Of a stretch of 64,000 bases of DNA, positions 19,799-28,961 are shown in pieces. The stretch's first letter is position 1. Each line of letters opens with the position of its first letter. The position numbers and the translations under genes are program-made. The notes under the pieces were generated by a model, which was not told the DNA's origin, ran no database searches, and worked only from the letters and a program-made list of their open reading frames with translations. The DNA is taken from positions 3,200-67,199 of the forward strand of contig CAVEIY010000001.1 in NCBI GenBank assembly GCA_963615825.1. The letters are read 5' to 3'. Source of the stretch: Flexilinea sp. Lineage in GTDB: Bacteria > Bacillota > Clostridia > Oscillospirales > Oscillospiraceae.

Positions 19799-20746
19799 TT
19801 AGATAGGGGGGTGATAATCCTCAGGGTGCATCACAGAGGAAAGGTCTTTACAATAATCCGTCAGAATGGATAAAAACAGATGATCCTGTTTTGATTGATA
19901 GCGATTTCGCAAGACCGCAATTCCAATGTCCATTTTTGCACAGGAGTCCGAAATAATGCGCATTTCGATGCCGGGGATCCTGGGATTATCCAAGCAGTTC
20001 TCCAGCTTGAGATGATTGACCAGATTGTGCTGGGAGATAAATCCGATTCCCACATTATTGCGGACCAGCTTGAAAATGAGAGAAGGATCACTTTCCTCAA
20101 ATACAATATTGGGGGAGGCGCCAACTGTGGAAAAACAGTCCTCCATCAGCGGACGGATGCCATAGCCGTGTGGGGTGCTGACAATCGGTTCGCCCACGAG
20201 CTGAGACAGGGAAAGCACTTCATATTTAGACAAGGGATGCTGCTCTGGAAGAAGTGCCAGAATGCTGTCGTTCAACAGGTGTGTCCACTGAATCCGATCA
20301 CTTTCAATCCGGTCTGCGGAAATGACATAGTCAACAATGCTGTCGTTCAGATATGCCATAGCCTGATTTCGCTGTAGAAAGAGCTGTGACAGCTTAAATT
20401 GATTTTGAAGGATCACATACCGGTCCAAGAAGAATGTCAGAATTCCCGGGATGGTAATTCCAACGTGAATGGTATGGGTTCCGTTGCCCTGAAGGTCCTG
20501 AATTTCCCGCTGGGCCTCCTCTAATTGCAGAAAAACCTGTTTTGCTCTCGCAAGAAAGACACGGCCAAAATCGTTGAGATAGATTTGACGTCCAATGCGA
20601 TCAAACAGCCGCACCCCTAAATCGCTTTCCAGCCGTGCAATGGTTCGACTGAGCGAGGACTGGGAGATAAACAGCTCTTCAGCGGCCTTTGTCATATTGC
20701 CGGATTCAGCAATCTTGATGAAGTAGCGCATTTGCAGAAGCTCCAT
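19799..20746 (-). CDS. LysR family transcriptional regulator
   Basis: MELLQMRYFIKIAESGNMTKAAEELFISQSSLSRTIARLE winged HTH plus a LysR substrate-binding domain. Start moved to ATG 20746 behind AGGAGGA. Divergent from the ene-reductase gene. Confidence 0.9.
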   Translation of the reverse strand: MELLQMRYFIKIAESGNMTKAAEELFISQSSLSRTIARLESDLGVRLFDRIGRQIYLNDFGRVFLARAKQVFLQLEEAQREIQDLQGNGTHTIHVGITIPGILTFFLDRYVILQNQFKLSQLFLQRNQAMAYLNDSIVDYVISADRIESDRIQWTHLLNDSILALLPEQHPLSKYEVLSLSQLVGEPIVSTPHGYGIRPLMEDCFSTVGASPNIVFEESDPSLIFKLVRNNVGIGFISQHNLVNHLKLENCLDNPRIPGIEMRIISDSCAKMDIGIAVLRNRYQSKQDHLFLSILTDYCKDLSSVMHPEDYHPPI

Positions 20747-20931
20747 ATTGCGTGTCCTCCTGAATACTGATTTCATTTATTATATCAAATGCGCTGAGAA
20801 AATCAATCAATTATCAGATGATTAATGCACTAAAATACATAACAAACATAAAAAACGGCACCCGGATATATTGGACTTATGGTAATTTTCAATTTATCAT
20901 AATGATAGAAAAGATAGATAGGAGGGGGAAA

Positions 20932-22860
20932 ATGAACCCATATCCACATTTGTTCTCTCCAATCCGTGTCGGACCGCTCCGGTTTAAAAACCGAATTATT
21001 GCAGCGCCGACACAGATTCGTCAGAAGGACTCAAACGGTCACATTAATGATTACGGAATTGCATATCAGGCCCGTAAAGCACGTGGTGGCGCTGCGCAGG
21101 TGACAATTGGAGATACGCCGGTTGAACCGCGTTATGGTGCAACACAATTTAACTCCTTTCAGCTGGATACCCCTGGTGCGCTGGCCTCCTTGTCGGAAGC
21201 GGCGGCAGCAATCCGGCAGTATGGAGCAATTCCCAGCCTTGAACTGAGCCATGGCGGAAAAATCGCAGTGCCGGCGTTTAATCATGGCAATGAGCCAATT
21301 GGCCCGATGGATGCGGTCAAGCCGGACGGGACAAAAATTCACGCAATGGATCAGACCATGATTGACTACATCGTGGGAAAATATGCAGAGGGTGCAAAAA
21401 CAATTCAGAAGTGCGGCTTTGAAATGTGTACTGTACATGCCGGTCACGGTTGGCTGCTGTCACAGTTCCTTTCACCACGATCTAATCAGCGGAAAGACCA
21501 GTATGGCGGCAGTCTGGAAAACCGAGCAAGACTCTGCGTGGAGGTAGTGGACGCAATTAAAGCAGCCTGTGGAAAGAATTTTGTAATTGAGCTTCGCATC
21601 AGTGGAGATGAATTTGTCGAGGATGGATTCCACCTGGAGGATATGATTGAATTTTGTAAAATGATTGAGACGAAGGTGGATATTTTGCATGTATCAGCCG
21701 GGCTCCACGGTGTCCCATCGGGTCTTATGCGGATGTTCCCGTCTAATTTGCTGCCCCATGGCTGCAATGTCTATCTGGCAGAGGCGATCAAAAAGAATGT
21801 CCATATTCCGGTGGCAACGGTGGGAGGAATTTCCTCCCCGGAAGAAGCCGAAGATATTATTGCTTCAGGGAAGGCAGACTTTGTAAGCCTTGCGCGCGCT
21901 CTGATTGCAGATCCCGATTTTCCAAACAAGGCACGGCATGGCATTCCGGTGCGTCCCTGCCTGCGCTGTCTCAACTGTCTGAAAAGCATGAACGATTGCA
22001 GGCATCTATCCTGTGCGGTAAACCCAACTGTAGGCAGCGAACATCGCCTTGGAAAGAAAGCGATGCCAACTGTGTCCAAGAAGTTGCTGGTCATTGGCGG
22101 AGGACCTGCGGGGATGAGCGCAGCCATAACTGCCCGGCAGCAGGGACATCAGGTAATTCTCTGCGAGAAAGCCGGAAGGCTGGGAGGACTACTGAACCAT
22201 GTGGATACGGATCCACGAAAGGACGATTTGAAGCAATATCGGGATTATCTTGTGGGCCAGACACAGGCCAGCGGTGCGGAGATTCAGCTGAATACCAATG
22301 TGACAAACGAGATGATTGCGTCGTTCCAGCCAGATGCAGTGATTTGCGCCATCGGATCGTCGCCCATTCTGCCGCCGATTCCGGGACTTGAAGCGTCCGG
22401 TGCCATTTCGGCAATGAGCGCGCATGAGAAAGACGCCGAACTTGGCGCACGTGTTGCGATAATCGGTGGCGGTCTTGTGGGCTGTGAAACTGCACTATAT
22501 CTTGCGGATTTGGGCCATACGGTTACTATTTTGGAGATGGCTCCTGCCATTGCGCAGGAGGATGCTCCGCTGCATCGAATGGCGTTGATGCAGGAGCTTG
22601 GAAGCCGTATTCAGATCTATACCGGACACCGCTGTACTGGAATTACAGAAGTCGGCGTACAGGCAGAAGCGGCGGATGGCACGATGGTGACGATTCCGGC
22701 GGATACGATTGTTTACGCGGCCGGAATGCGAGCGAAAACCGAAGAAACGGACACGCTTTATACCGCCGATATAGACTTTTACCCAGTGGGCGATTGCAAC
22801 CGCGCGAGAAAGATTCATGATGCGGTAACAGAAGGCTATTTTGCAGCGCTGGCGCTTTAG
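20932..22860 (+). CDS. NADH:flavin oxidoreductase, OYE-type TIM barrel + 4Fe-4S + FAD/NAD(P) domains (2,4-dienoyl-CoA reductase / enoate reductase / BaiCD-BaiH architecture)
   Basis: VHAGHGWLLSQFLSPRSNQRKDQYGGSLENRARL (OYE core). CLRCLNCLKSMNDCRHLSC (Fe-S Cys cluster). VIGGGPAGMSAA and IIGGGLVGCETA dinucleotide folds. Start at ATG 20932 behind AGGAGGGGG. Confidence 0.85.
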   Translation: MNPYPHLFSPIRVGPLRFKNRIIAAPTQIRQKDSNGHINDYGIAYQARKARGGAAQVTIGDTPVEPRYGATQFNSFQLDTPGALASLSEAAAAIRQYGAIPSLELSHGGKIAVPAFNHGNEPIGPMDAVKPDGTKIHAMDQTMIDYIVGKYAEGAKTIQKCGFEMCTVHAGHGWLLSQFLSPRSNQRKDQYGGSLENRARLCVEVVDAIKAACGKNFVIELRISGDEFVEDGFHLEDMIEFCKMIETKVDILHVSAGLHGVPSGLMRMFPSNLLPHGCNVYLAEAIKKNVHIPVATVGGISSPEEAEDIIASGKADFVSLARALIADPDFPNKARHGIPVRPCLRCLNCLKSMNDCRHLSCAVNPTVGSEHRLGKKAMPTVSKKLLVIGGGPAGMSAAITARQQGHQVILCEKAGRLGGLLNHVDTDPRKDDLKQYRDYLVGQTQASGAEIQLNTNVTNEMIASFQPDAVICAIGSSPILPPIPGLEASGAISAMSAHEKDAELGARVAIIGGGLVGCETALYLADLGHTVTILEMAPAIAQEDAPLHRMALMQELGSRIQIYTGHRCTGITEVGVQAEAADGTMVTIPADTIVYAAGMRAKTEETDTLYTADIDFYPVGDCNRARKIHDAVTEGYFAALAL

Positions 22861-22872
22861 GATGGCGATTTT

Positions 22873-24114
22873 ATGACAAAAACAAAGAATAAAAAATTTC
22901 TCATTCACGGAGCAGGAATCATATTTGTTTGTTTTTTCATGCAATATTTTTATTCCTGTTTACCCGGAGACAATCTGAATGTGCTGCAAACCTATCTGCC
23001 GGAGCTGCGAGGGTGGACAACCCTGCAAATTACAACCCCGGTTACCATTGGCGCGCTGCTGGCGGTACCGGGGACGCTGGTGTTTGGCACTGCCATTGTA
23101 AAGAAGGGGCCAAACTTTGTTATTATTCCATCCATCCTTTTGATGGCGATTTGCCAGGCAGCAATTGCGGTTTCTGATCGTCTGATTGTATATGCAATTG
23201 CCATGTGCCTGATTCGGCTGCTGATTCAGGTTGTAAGCCTTGGCATGACGACCTTGATTGCAAATTGGTTTGTAACCTGGCGCGGAAGAGCACTCGGAAT
23301 CATTACGATTGGATCACAGTTTAACACGGCCACATCTGTCGCACTGCTCACCAAAGGGTGTGATGCATTGGGCTTCCGTACCTCGTATTTGATCCTGAGC
23401 GGAGCAATTGCCGGCCTGGCGGTACTGACAATGCTCTTGTCCAGGGATAACCCACGTGCATTTGGACTGAATCCCGATGGTGCAGAGCAGGAGCAGTTCA
23501 CAACTGCGTCCCAGGTAAACTCGGAGGCAGTCTGGCCGCTGAAACGTATTTTTACATCCTGGGGTACATGGGTATTGATTATCAGCATGGGGTTTTTGAC
23601 CTTTATTATCAAAGCGGTAATGCCCAATTTCATGCCAAGAATGCTTGCTGTAGGCTTCCCGAAAGACTTGACGCTGATGCTCTTGACTTTTGCAACCGTA
23701 TGCGGCATGCCGCTTAGCTATCTGTTTGGCTGGATCAATGACCGATATGGTGCGCCAAAGGCTTGTATTACCCTGGGCATTGCCTATATCATGACAGTGC
23801 TGTCCTTCCGATTTGCACAGCCGGGGATGGAATGGCTGCTGTTCTTTGCTGTGCTCGGGATTGGCTGCATTACTGGCGGTACTGCCAGCCTGTATCCGGC
23901 ACTTGCCATGCACATTTATGGCCAAGCACATTTTGCACATGTCAACCGTTATGTGATGACGATTCAAAATATTATCGTTGCCTTTGCAGTTTCCTTTATG
24001 AGCGCAATTCAGACTGCTACAGGCTCCTTGAATGGTGCCTTTGATGTGCTGCTGATAATGGCTGTGCTTGCGACAGGACTGCTGTTTACCGTTCGGACCC
24101 AAAAGAACGTATGA
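22873..24114 (+). CDS. MFS transporter (paralog of 18391..19743)
   Basis: 413 aa, about 12 TM. 12 nt downstream of the reductase stop. Confidence 0.8.
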   Translation: MTKTKNKKFLIHGAGIIFVCFFMQYFYSCLPGDNLNVLQTYLPELRGWTTLQITTPVTIGALLAVPGTLVFGTAIVKKGPNFVIIPSILLMAICQAAIAVSDRLIVYAIAMCLIRLLIQVVSLGMTTLIANWFVTWRGRALGIITIGSQFNTATSVALLTKGCDALGFRTSYLILSGAIAGLAVLTMLLSRDNPRAFGLNPDGAEQEQFTTASQVNSEAVWPLKRIFTSWGTWVLIISMGFLTFIIKAVMPNFMPRMLAVGFPKDLTLMLLTFATVCGMPLSYLFGWINDRYGAPKACITLGIAYIMTVLSFRFAQPGMEWLLFFAVLGIGCITGGTASLYPALAMHIYGQAHFAHVNRYVMTIQNIIVAFAVSFMSAIQTATGSLNGAFDVLLIMAVLATGLLFTVRTQKNV

Positions 24115-24156
24115 TCGCCGGGGCCTTGTCCACCGGACAGAAAAGGAGAGATACAG

Positions 24157-24834
24157 ATGTCAGTGTTAACTGCAGAACAAAGACTTGCCAGGGTAGAGGC
24201 TTATATTGCGATTTCCAACGTCATGGGGAAATATGTATTCCATCGCATGAATGAAAATCTACCGGCGGTAACGGCGCTTTTTTCCCACCGGGATGACCTG
24301 CGGGTTGAAATGCCGTCGGGGACCTATACCGGCCCGAATGCGGCCTATCGCTGCTTCGAGGTGGACCATGCTGTGGATCTCAGCGCTGACCCGGCGCTTG
24401 TGATCCATGACGTCAATACACCGGTGATTGAGGTTGCTGCGGATTGTAAAACAGCCAGGGGCGTGTGGATTTCTCCCGGCCTGGCTACGGCGTCTATGCC
24501 CACAGGGAAAAAGGGGCTATGGGCCTGGGTGAAATATGATTGTGACTTCTTTCTGGAAGAGGACGGCTGGAAGATATGGCATATGCGCAAGTATGAGGTA
24601 TTTACGGTGCCGACAGATAAATCGTGGGTGGATGAGGACCCGATGGGAATGATGGTGCCGTCAAAATCGGATAATGGCACGGCTGCACCTCCCCCGCCGA
24701 AGCCCTTGCGCAGCAATGACCTGCCTGCTGGCATCAGTACAAAATATAATCCGAAAAAACGCGTTCCTGCCATTCCCGTCCCCCCGGAGCCATTTGAAAC
24801 CTGGCCTGAGCGCACACAGGAGGGAAACGAATGA
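24157..24834 (+). CDS. SnoaL_4/NTF2-like (BaiE-like fold) protein with Pro-rich C-terminal tail
   Basis: RLARVEAYIAISNVMGKYVFH...EEDGWKIWHMRKY. Tail is AAPPPPKPL...PVPPEPFETWPE. ATGA overlap with the next gene. Confidence 0.55.
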   Translation: MSVLTAEQRLARVEAYIAISNVMGKYVFHRMNENLPAVTALFSHRDDLRVEMPSGTYTGPNAAYRCFEVDHAVDLSADPALVIHDVNTPVIEVAADCKTARGVWISPGLATASMPTGKKGLWAWVKYDCDFFLEEDGWKIWHMRKYEVFTVPTDKSWVDEDPMGMMVPSKSDNGTAAPPPPKPLRSNDLPAGISTKYNPKKRVPAIPVPPEPFETWPERTQEGNE

Positions 24835-26582
24835 AGGTTTTTAAAGTTGTGGAAACCGAATGGGTTCTGGAAGATACCACAGAGCTGTTTGGACTTGTGA
24901 TTCGCGAAAATGCAAAGCTCTCTGCTCCACCGGGGAAGCAGCTTACTATGACGCTCAACGGCGAAAATGTGCCAATTGTACCTGGCACCTATGAGGGCGA
25001 TATTGTGCTCTCGGTTACGGATGATATTCCGATTCACGCTGTCTGCGATGCGGTTTTCCGCAGTGCCCTATACGTCGAGGACGGAAAGGTTGTGCCGGAG
25101 AAATCGGTTCTTGCGGCAGTGACTGGTGGAACAGTGGCAGATGGTGAGGCGATGGGCATTGCGATTACTAGCAGCGAAGAGAATTTTAACGGTGTTATTG
25201 TTGCAGGCGATGGCGAATATACCATTCAAAATGCTGAAATCCATTTCCATGGGAACGGAAGCAATGATTTTATTGGCCAGGGTGCAGGAATTATGACCAC
25301 TGGGGCAGGAAAGCTCACCATCAATCGTTCGCACCTAACAACGCATGGCGCAGCTCGCGGTACAATATTTAGCGGTGAACACGGAACGCTTGTTGTAAAC
25401 GACTGCGTGATTGAAGGAAAGCCCGGGGTGCTGCCGCCAGACTATGTGGACAGTATCGAGCCTGGTGGAATGCGCTGTGTGCCCTGGATGTTGGGCCTAC
25501 GGGGAAACTGCCGTGCCACCAATTTGGCGGATTATACCACAGCCTATTTTAATCGCTGTAAATGCACCTCAGAGAGCTGGGGCGTTATGTCTACAGACGG
25601 TGTCAGCCAGGTCCGTTCCTACATAAAGGACTGCGATATTCGTATTACCGGAAATAGCGGATATGGTGCATTTGCGCTGCTGGATACGGTTGTGACACTG
25701 GATCACTCCATGATTACAGTCCCGGACTATGGTATGGTCAGTTCCATGGCAAACGCTACCTTTGTGGTCAAAAATGGCACGGTTGTCCAGGCGGGACGGT
25801 TCGGCGGTATGAGCTATCGTTTGGTAGATGGCCTGTTTGATATTCAGCCGGGTTGTGAGATACATGCCGGAGAGACTGCGTTCCTGACAAAGGGCTGCCC
25901 CTGTACCTATCAGATTGAAGATGCGGTGGTTGAATCCGGGAGAAAGATTTTGCTTCAGATGATGGATACGGATGATCCCTTTAATCCAGCGGGATCCTAC
26001 TCTGATCCCGTTGACAATGAGCAGCCGATTGAAGGACGGGATCTTACAAAGACGGTTCGCAGTGAGGATTGTTTTGTGATTCTGAAGAATACAGAGATTG
26101 AGGGCAGCATTTACAACGCAACCAGTGACTTGAAGTTTGAGTTTATTCCGCTGAAGCCGCTGCCCGGAGAACCCGGCGGTCCTCCCATTGAGCCGCTGCC
26201 TGATGGAACCATTCCCAAATTCTCCAGAATGATGGGAAATGGTCCGATGAATTTGTCTGTCTCGCTGCAGGGCTCGACGCTAACCGGCAGCATTACCTCT
26301 GCTAAAGCCACCCATCGAGTTCCGAAGATTGATAAGACCAACTGCGAAGAACTAGGCGAGGTCAACAATACCCCGCGGCCTGCGATCAATAACGGCGTTG
26401 TGGTGGAATTGGACGGCACTTCTACCTGGACGATTGATGGCACCAACTATTTAAATAAGCTGATCCTTGCGGAAGGTGCCAAGGTTCTTCGGCGCGATGG
26501 CAGCGTGCCGTCGATGACCGTAAACGGCAACCCCGCTGAGTTTGCTGCGGGAAGCTATGTTGGCAGAATTATAATCGCCTAG
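24831..26582 (+). CDS. Hypothetical 583-aa cytoplasmic protein, predicted beta-helix-like repeats (paralog A)
   Basis: No signal peptide or TM. Repeated G-x-G..[IV].N..[IV] units (NGVIVAGDGEYTIQNAEIHFHGNGSNDFIGQGAGIMTTGAGKLTINRSHLTTHG...). I recognise no motif. Translationally coupled to the SnoaL gene. Confidence 0.7.
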   Translation: MKVFKVVETEWVLEDTTELFGLVIRENAKLSAPPGKQLTMTLNGENVPIVPGTYEGDIVLSVTDDIPIHAVCDAVFRSALYVEDGKVVPEKSVLAAVTGGTVADGEAMGIAITSSEENFNGVIVAGDGEYTIQNAEIHFHGNGSNDFIGQGAGIMTTGAGKLTINRSHLTTHGAARGTIFSGEHGTLVVNDCVIEGKPGVLPPDYVDSIEPGGMRCVPWMLGLRGNCRATNLADYTTAYFNRCKCTSESWGVMSTDGVSQVRSYIKDCDIRITGNSGYGAFALLDTVVTLDHSMITVPDYGMVSSMANATFVVKNGTVVQAGRFGGMSYRLVDGLFDIQPGCEIHAGETAFLTKGCPCTYQIEDAVVESGRKILLQMMDTDDPFNPAGSYSDPVDNEQPIEGRDLTKTVRSEDCFVILKNTEIEGSIYNATSDLKFEFIPLKPLPGEPGGPPIEPLPDGTIPKFSRMMGNGPMNLSVSLQGSTLTGSITSAKATHRVPKIDKTNCEELGEVNNTPRPAINNGVVVELDGTSTWTIDGTNYLNKLILAEGAKVLRRDGSVPSMTVNGNPAEFAAGSYVGRIIIA

Positions 26583-26599
26583 GAGAACATTTTATTCCG

Positions 26600-28399
26600 T
26601 TGCCGACGGGGAAGCCAATGGGTTCCCTGTCGGCTGGGAAACCGGCTGAGAAAGGATGCATATACTTGCAGAAATTCCGAGTGATTGAGCAGACCGTTGT
26701 AATTGAAGAAACAACCAGATTGTTTGGATTAAAGCTTGCCCCCGGAGCGGAACTTAAAGCGCCTGACGGAAAGCTTCTTACCATGACCTATAACGGAATA
26801 CAGGTAAACCCGATACCTGGCACCTATGAAGGTGATATTGTGCTCACCGTAACAGAGCCGATTCGGGTGGGAACGATGGCGCAGTCCGACCTTAGAACAG
26901 CCATCTGTATTGGAGAGAATGGACTGGTGCCCGAAAAGTCGGTTCAGGCTGCGGTGCTTTGTGGAACCGTTAGAGAACGAGAGATTTCCAATTTAAAAGT
27001 ATCGAGTCAGGGAGACTGCTTCTCTGCGCTCTACATTGATTCTGCGCAGGATTATGTGATAAATGATGCAGTGATCGAGTGTATCGGAAATGGAGAGAAT
27101 GAATCGGTGGGCGAAGGCGCAGGAATCATTACGGCGGGAACCGGAAAGATCACTATGAATCGGTCTGCAATTACAGTCCGAGGAGCAGCACGAAGTGCTT
27201 TGTTTGGCGGTGGTCATAGCCGGTTGGAAGTGAATGATTCAACCATATATACGTCCGGCGGTGTGTTACCCTACGATTATCAGGATTCCATTGCAGCAGG
27301 AAAAATGAAACGAGTCCCATGGATGCTGGGACTTCGGGGCAATAGTCGTGCAACGAACCTGGCGGAATGCGCAGAAGCGGTGTATAATCGCTGCACCATT
27401 ACGGCCGCAGAGTGGGGAGCCATGTCTACAGATGGTGTGGAGCGTTGTAGACTGTACTTGAAGGATTGCGATATTCGAGTCACTGGCCCCAGCGGCTATG
27501 GCACATTTGCCCTGTTGGATACGGTCAATACCATAGATCACTGCCGGGTGAATGTTCCGGATTATGCGGCGATTGTGGCAAATGGACCGGCCAGTACGGT
27601 AATTACCGGAGGATCTGACGTCCATGCAGGACGATTTGGGGTAATGTGCTTCCGCAATTCTGGAATTGTGATGGTAAACGGAGACAGCCAAATGGAATCG
27701 GGCGAGGCAACCTTTGTGGTAAAAGGCTGTTCGACCCGATTCGAGGTGGAGAATGCTGTATTGAAGCCGGGAAATGGAACGATCCTTCAGGTAATGGATA
27801 CCGATGACCCGAGAAACCCCCAAAAGTACTTTGTGGATAATGATGAGCCGGATAAAAAGAATCCGGAGCGCGATTTGACAGCCGCAGATGAGGAGGCGGT
27901 CCGCGCCATATTCCGGAATATGACCCTGGTGGGCAACTTCTTTAACGGAACGACCAATCGCAAGTATGATACCGGGCCGGAGTTGGGCGATCCGCATGGA
28001 CCAGGAGGCCATGGTGGGCCAGGTATGCCGCCTCCACCTAAACCGGATGAGAAGCCGGCGGAGCAGGCGAAAAATATGCAGATTACGCTGAGCAAGGTTC
28101 AGTTGACTGGCATGATTTCTGCGACTACAGTTCGGCATATCGTGAAAAAAATTTCAAAGGAGAACTGTGAAGAACTGGGAAGGATAATCAATATCCCAGC
28201 AATGGCGGTGAATAATGGCGTTATTGCAGTATTGCAGAATCAGTCGGTTTGGACTCCGCAAGGCACCAGTTATCTTACAAAACTGAGCGTGGATGAAAGC
28301 AGCTCCATCGAACATGCAGCTATGACAGTAGATGGGATTCCCACTAAACTGGAACCCGGGAGCAGCTATGTTGGAAGCATTATCATTACTGCGGTTTAA
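26600..28399 (+). CDS. Hypothetical ~580-599-aa protein, paralog B of 24831..26582
   Basis: Shares blocks with paralog A (PGTYEGDIVL.VT, VPWMLGLRGN.RATNL, WG.MSTDG, KDCDIR.TG.SGYG.FALLDTV, MDTDDP.NP, NCEELG). Start is uncertain: TTG 26600, ATG 26618 or TTG 26666. Alignment with paralog A favours 26666. Confidence 0.7.
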   Translation: MPTGKPMGSLSAGKPAEKGCIYLQKFRVIEQTVVIEETTRLFGLKLAPGAELKAPDGKLLTMTYNGIQVNPIPGTYEGDIVLTVTEPIRVGTMAQSDLRTAICIGENGLVPEKSVQAAVLCGTVREREISNLKVSSQGDCFSALYIDSAQDYVINDAVIECIGNGENESVGEGAGIITAGTGKITMNRSAITVRGAARSALFGGGHSRLEVNDSTIYTSGGVLPYDYQDSIAAGKMKRVPWMLGLRGNSRATNLAECAEAVYNRCTITAAEWGAMSTDGVERCRLYLKDCDIRVTGPSGYGTFALLDTVNTIDHCRVNVPDYAAIVANGPASTVITGGSDVHAGRFGVMCFRNSGIVMVNGDSQMESGEATFVVKGCSTRFEVENAVLKPGNGTILQVMDTDDPRNPQKYFVDNDEPDKKNPERDLTAADEEAVRAIFRNMTLVGNFFNGTTNRKYDTGPELGDPHGPGGHGGPGMPPPPKPDEKPAEQAKNMQITLSKVQLTGMISATTVRHIVKKISKENCEELGRIINIPAMAVNNGVIAVLQNQSVWTPQGTSYLTKLSVDESSSIEHAAMTVDGIPTKLEPGSSYVGSIIITAV

Positions 28400-28578
28400 A
28401 CGTGTTAGCCGACATCGGGAGCGTGAGCGTTGCTGTTATAGCTGAGATCTGGAATATATTTGCGGCGCTATATGATTTGAAATAATCCCCTAGGAAGATT
28501 GACACGGGAATCTGGACATCGCAAGTACAATCGAATGAGGTGCTCGTTAAAATTGGGCGCTGCCCTGTAATAAAATTA

Positions 28579-28610
28579 CCGCTGATTTCATAAGAAATCA
28601 GCGGCTTTTG
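28579..28610 (+). terminator. Intrinsic terminator ending the catabolic island operon
   Basis: CCGCTGATTTC-ataa-GAAATCAGCGG followed by CTTTTG. A near-identical copy lies at 48433-48464. Confidence 0.7.
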
Positions 28611-28961
28611 CATTGCGTTTTCCGCCACGCTTGCCGTGGGGGAAAACGCATGAAATATAAAATTTGAGCGGTTTTAGCAACCATGTTTTAGTATGCTTAT
28701 AAGTATGGTAACTGCCGGAAGTGTGCAAAGTTTTGCACAGCGTAGGGCGGGCTTGCATTTGCGTTATTTTCTAACACAGTGAACTTCCGCCACTGGTATG
28801 CCACATGTCTGAGAACCAATCAGTTTTGTACATGCCTTTTTCTTGTATTTTTTGAGTGCTGTTCATTATGGTTGAAACATCCATGTTGATCACAGTAAAT
28901 GGGGTATCAATGACTTTTTTCATTCGCCTCAATTTAATCTGCTCAAACTTAATGGAGCCTC

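Noticed and set aside
20810-20826. ATTATCAGATGATTAAT as a LysR T-N11-A box in the LysR/reductase intergenic region
   Set aside because: It is an imperfect dyad in an AT-rich region where such patterns arise by chance. It is plausible but not supportable without footprinting.
20932-22860. Calling the OYE-type reductase BaiCD/BaiH, bilirubin reductase (BilR) or daidzein reductase
   Set aside because: Only the domain architecture is shared. I cannot verify clade-specific active-site motifs without alignment, and the accessory genes of those pathways are absent. It is left as a generic ene-reductase.
28771-28923. 50-codon minus-strand ORF downstream of the last glycosyltransferase
   Set aside because: The RBS spacing is poor (GAGG 3 nt from the ATG), there is no recognisable domain, and it lies at a compositional junction. 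It is treated as a possible gene remnant, not a feature.
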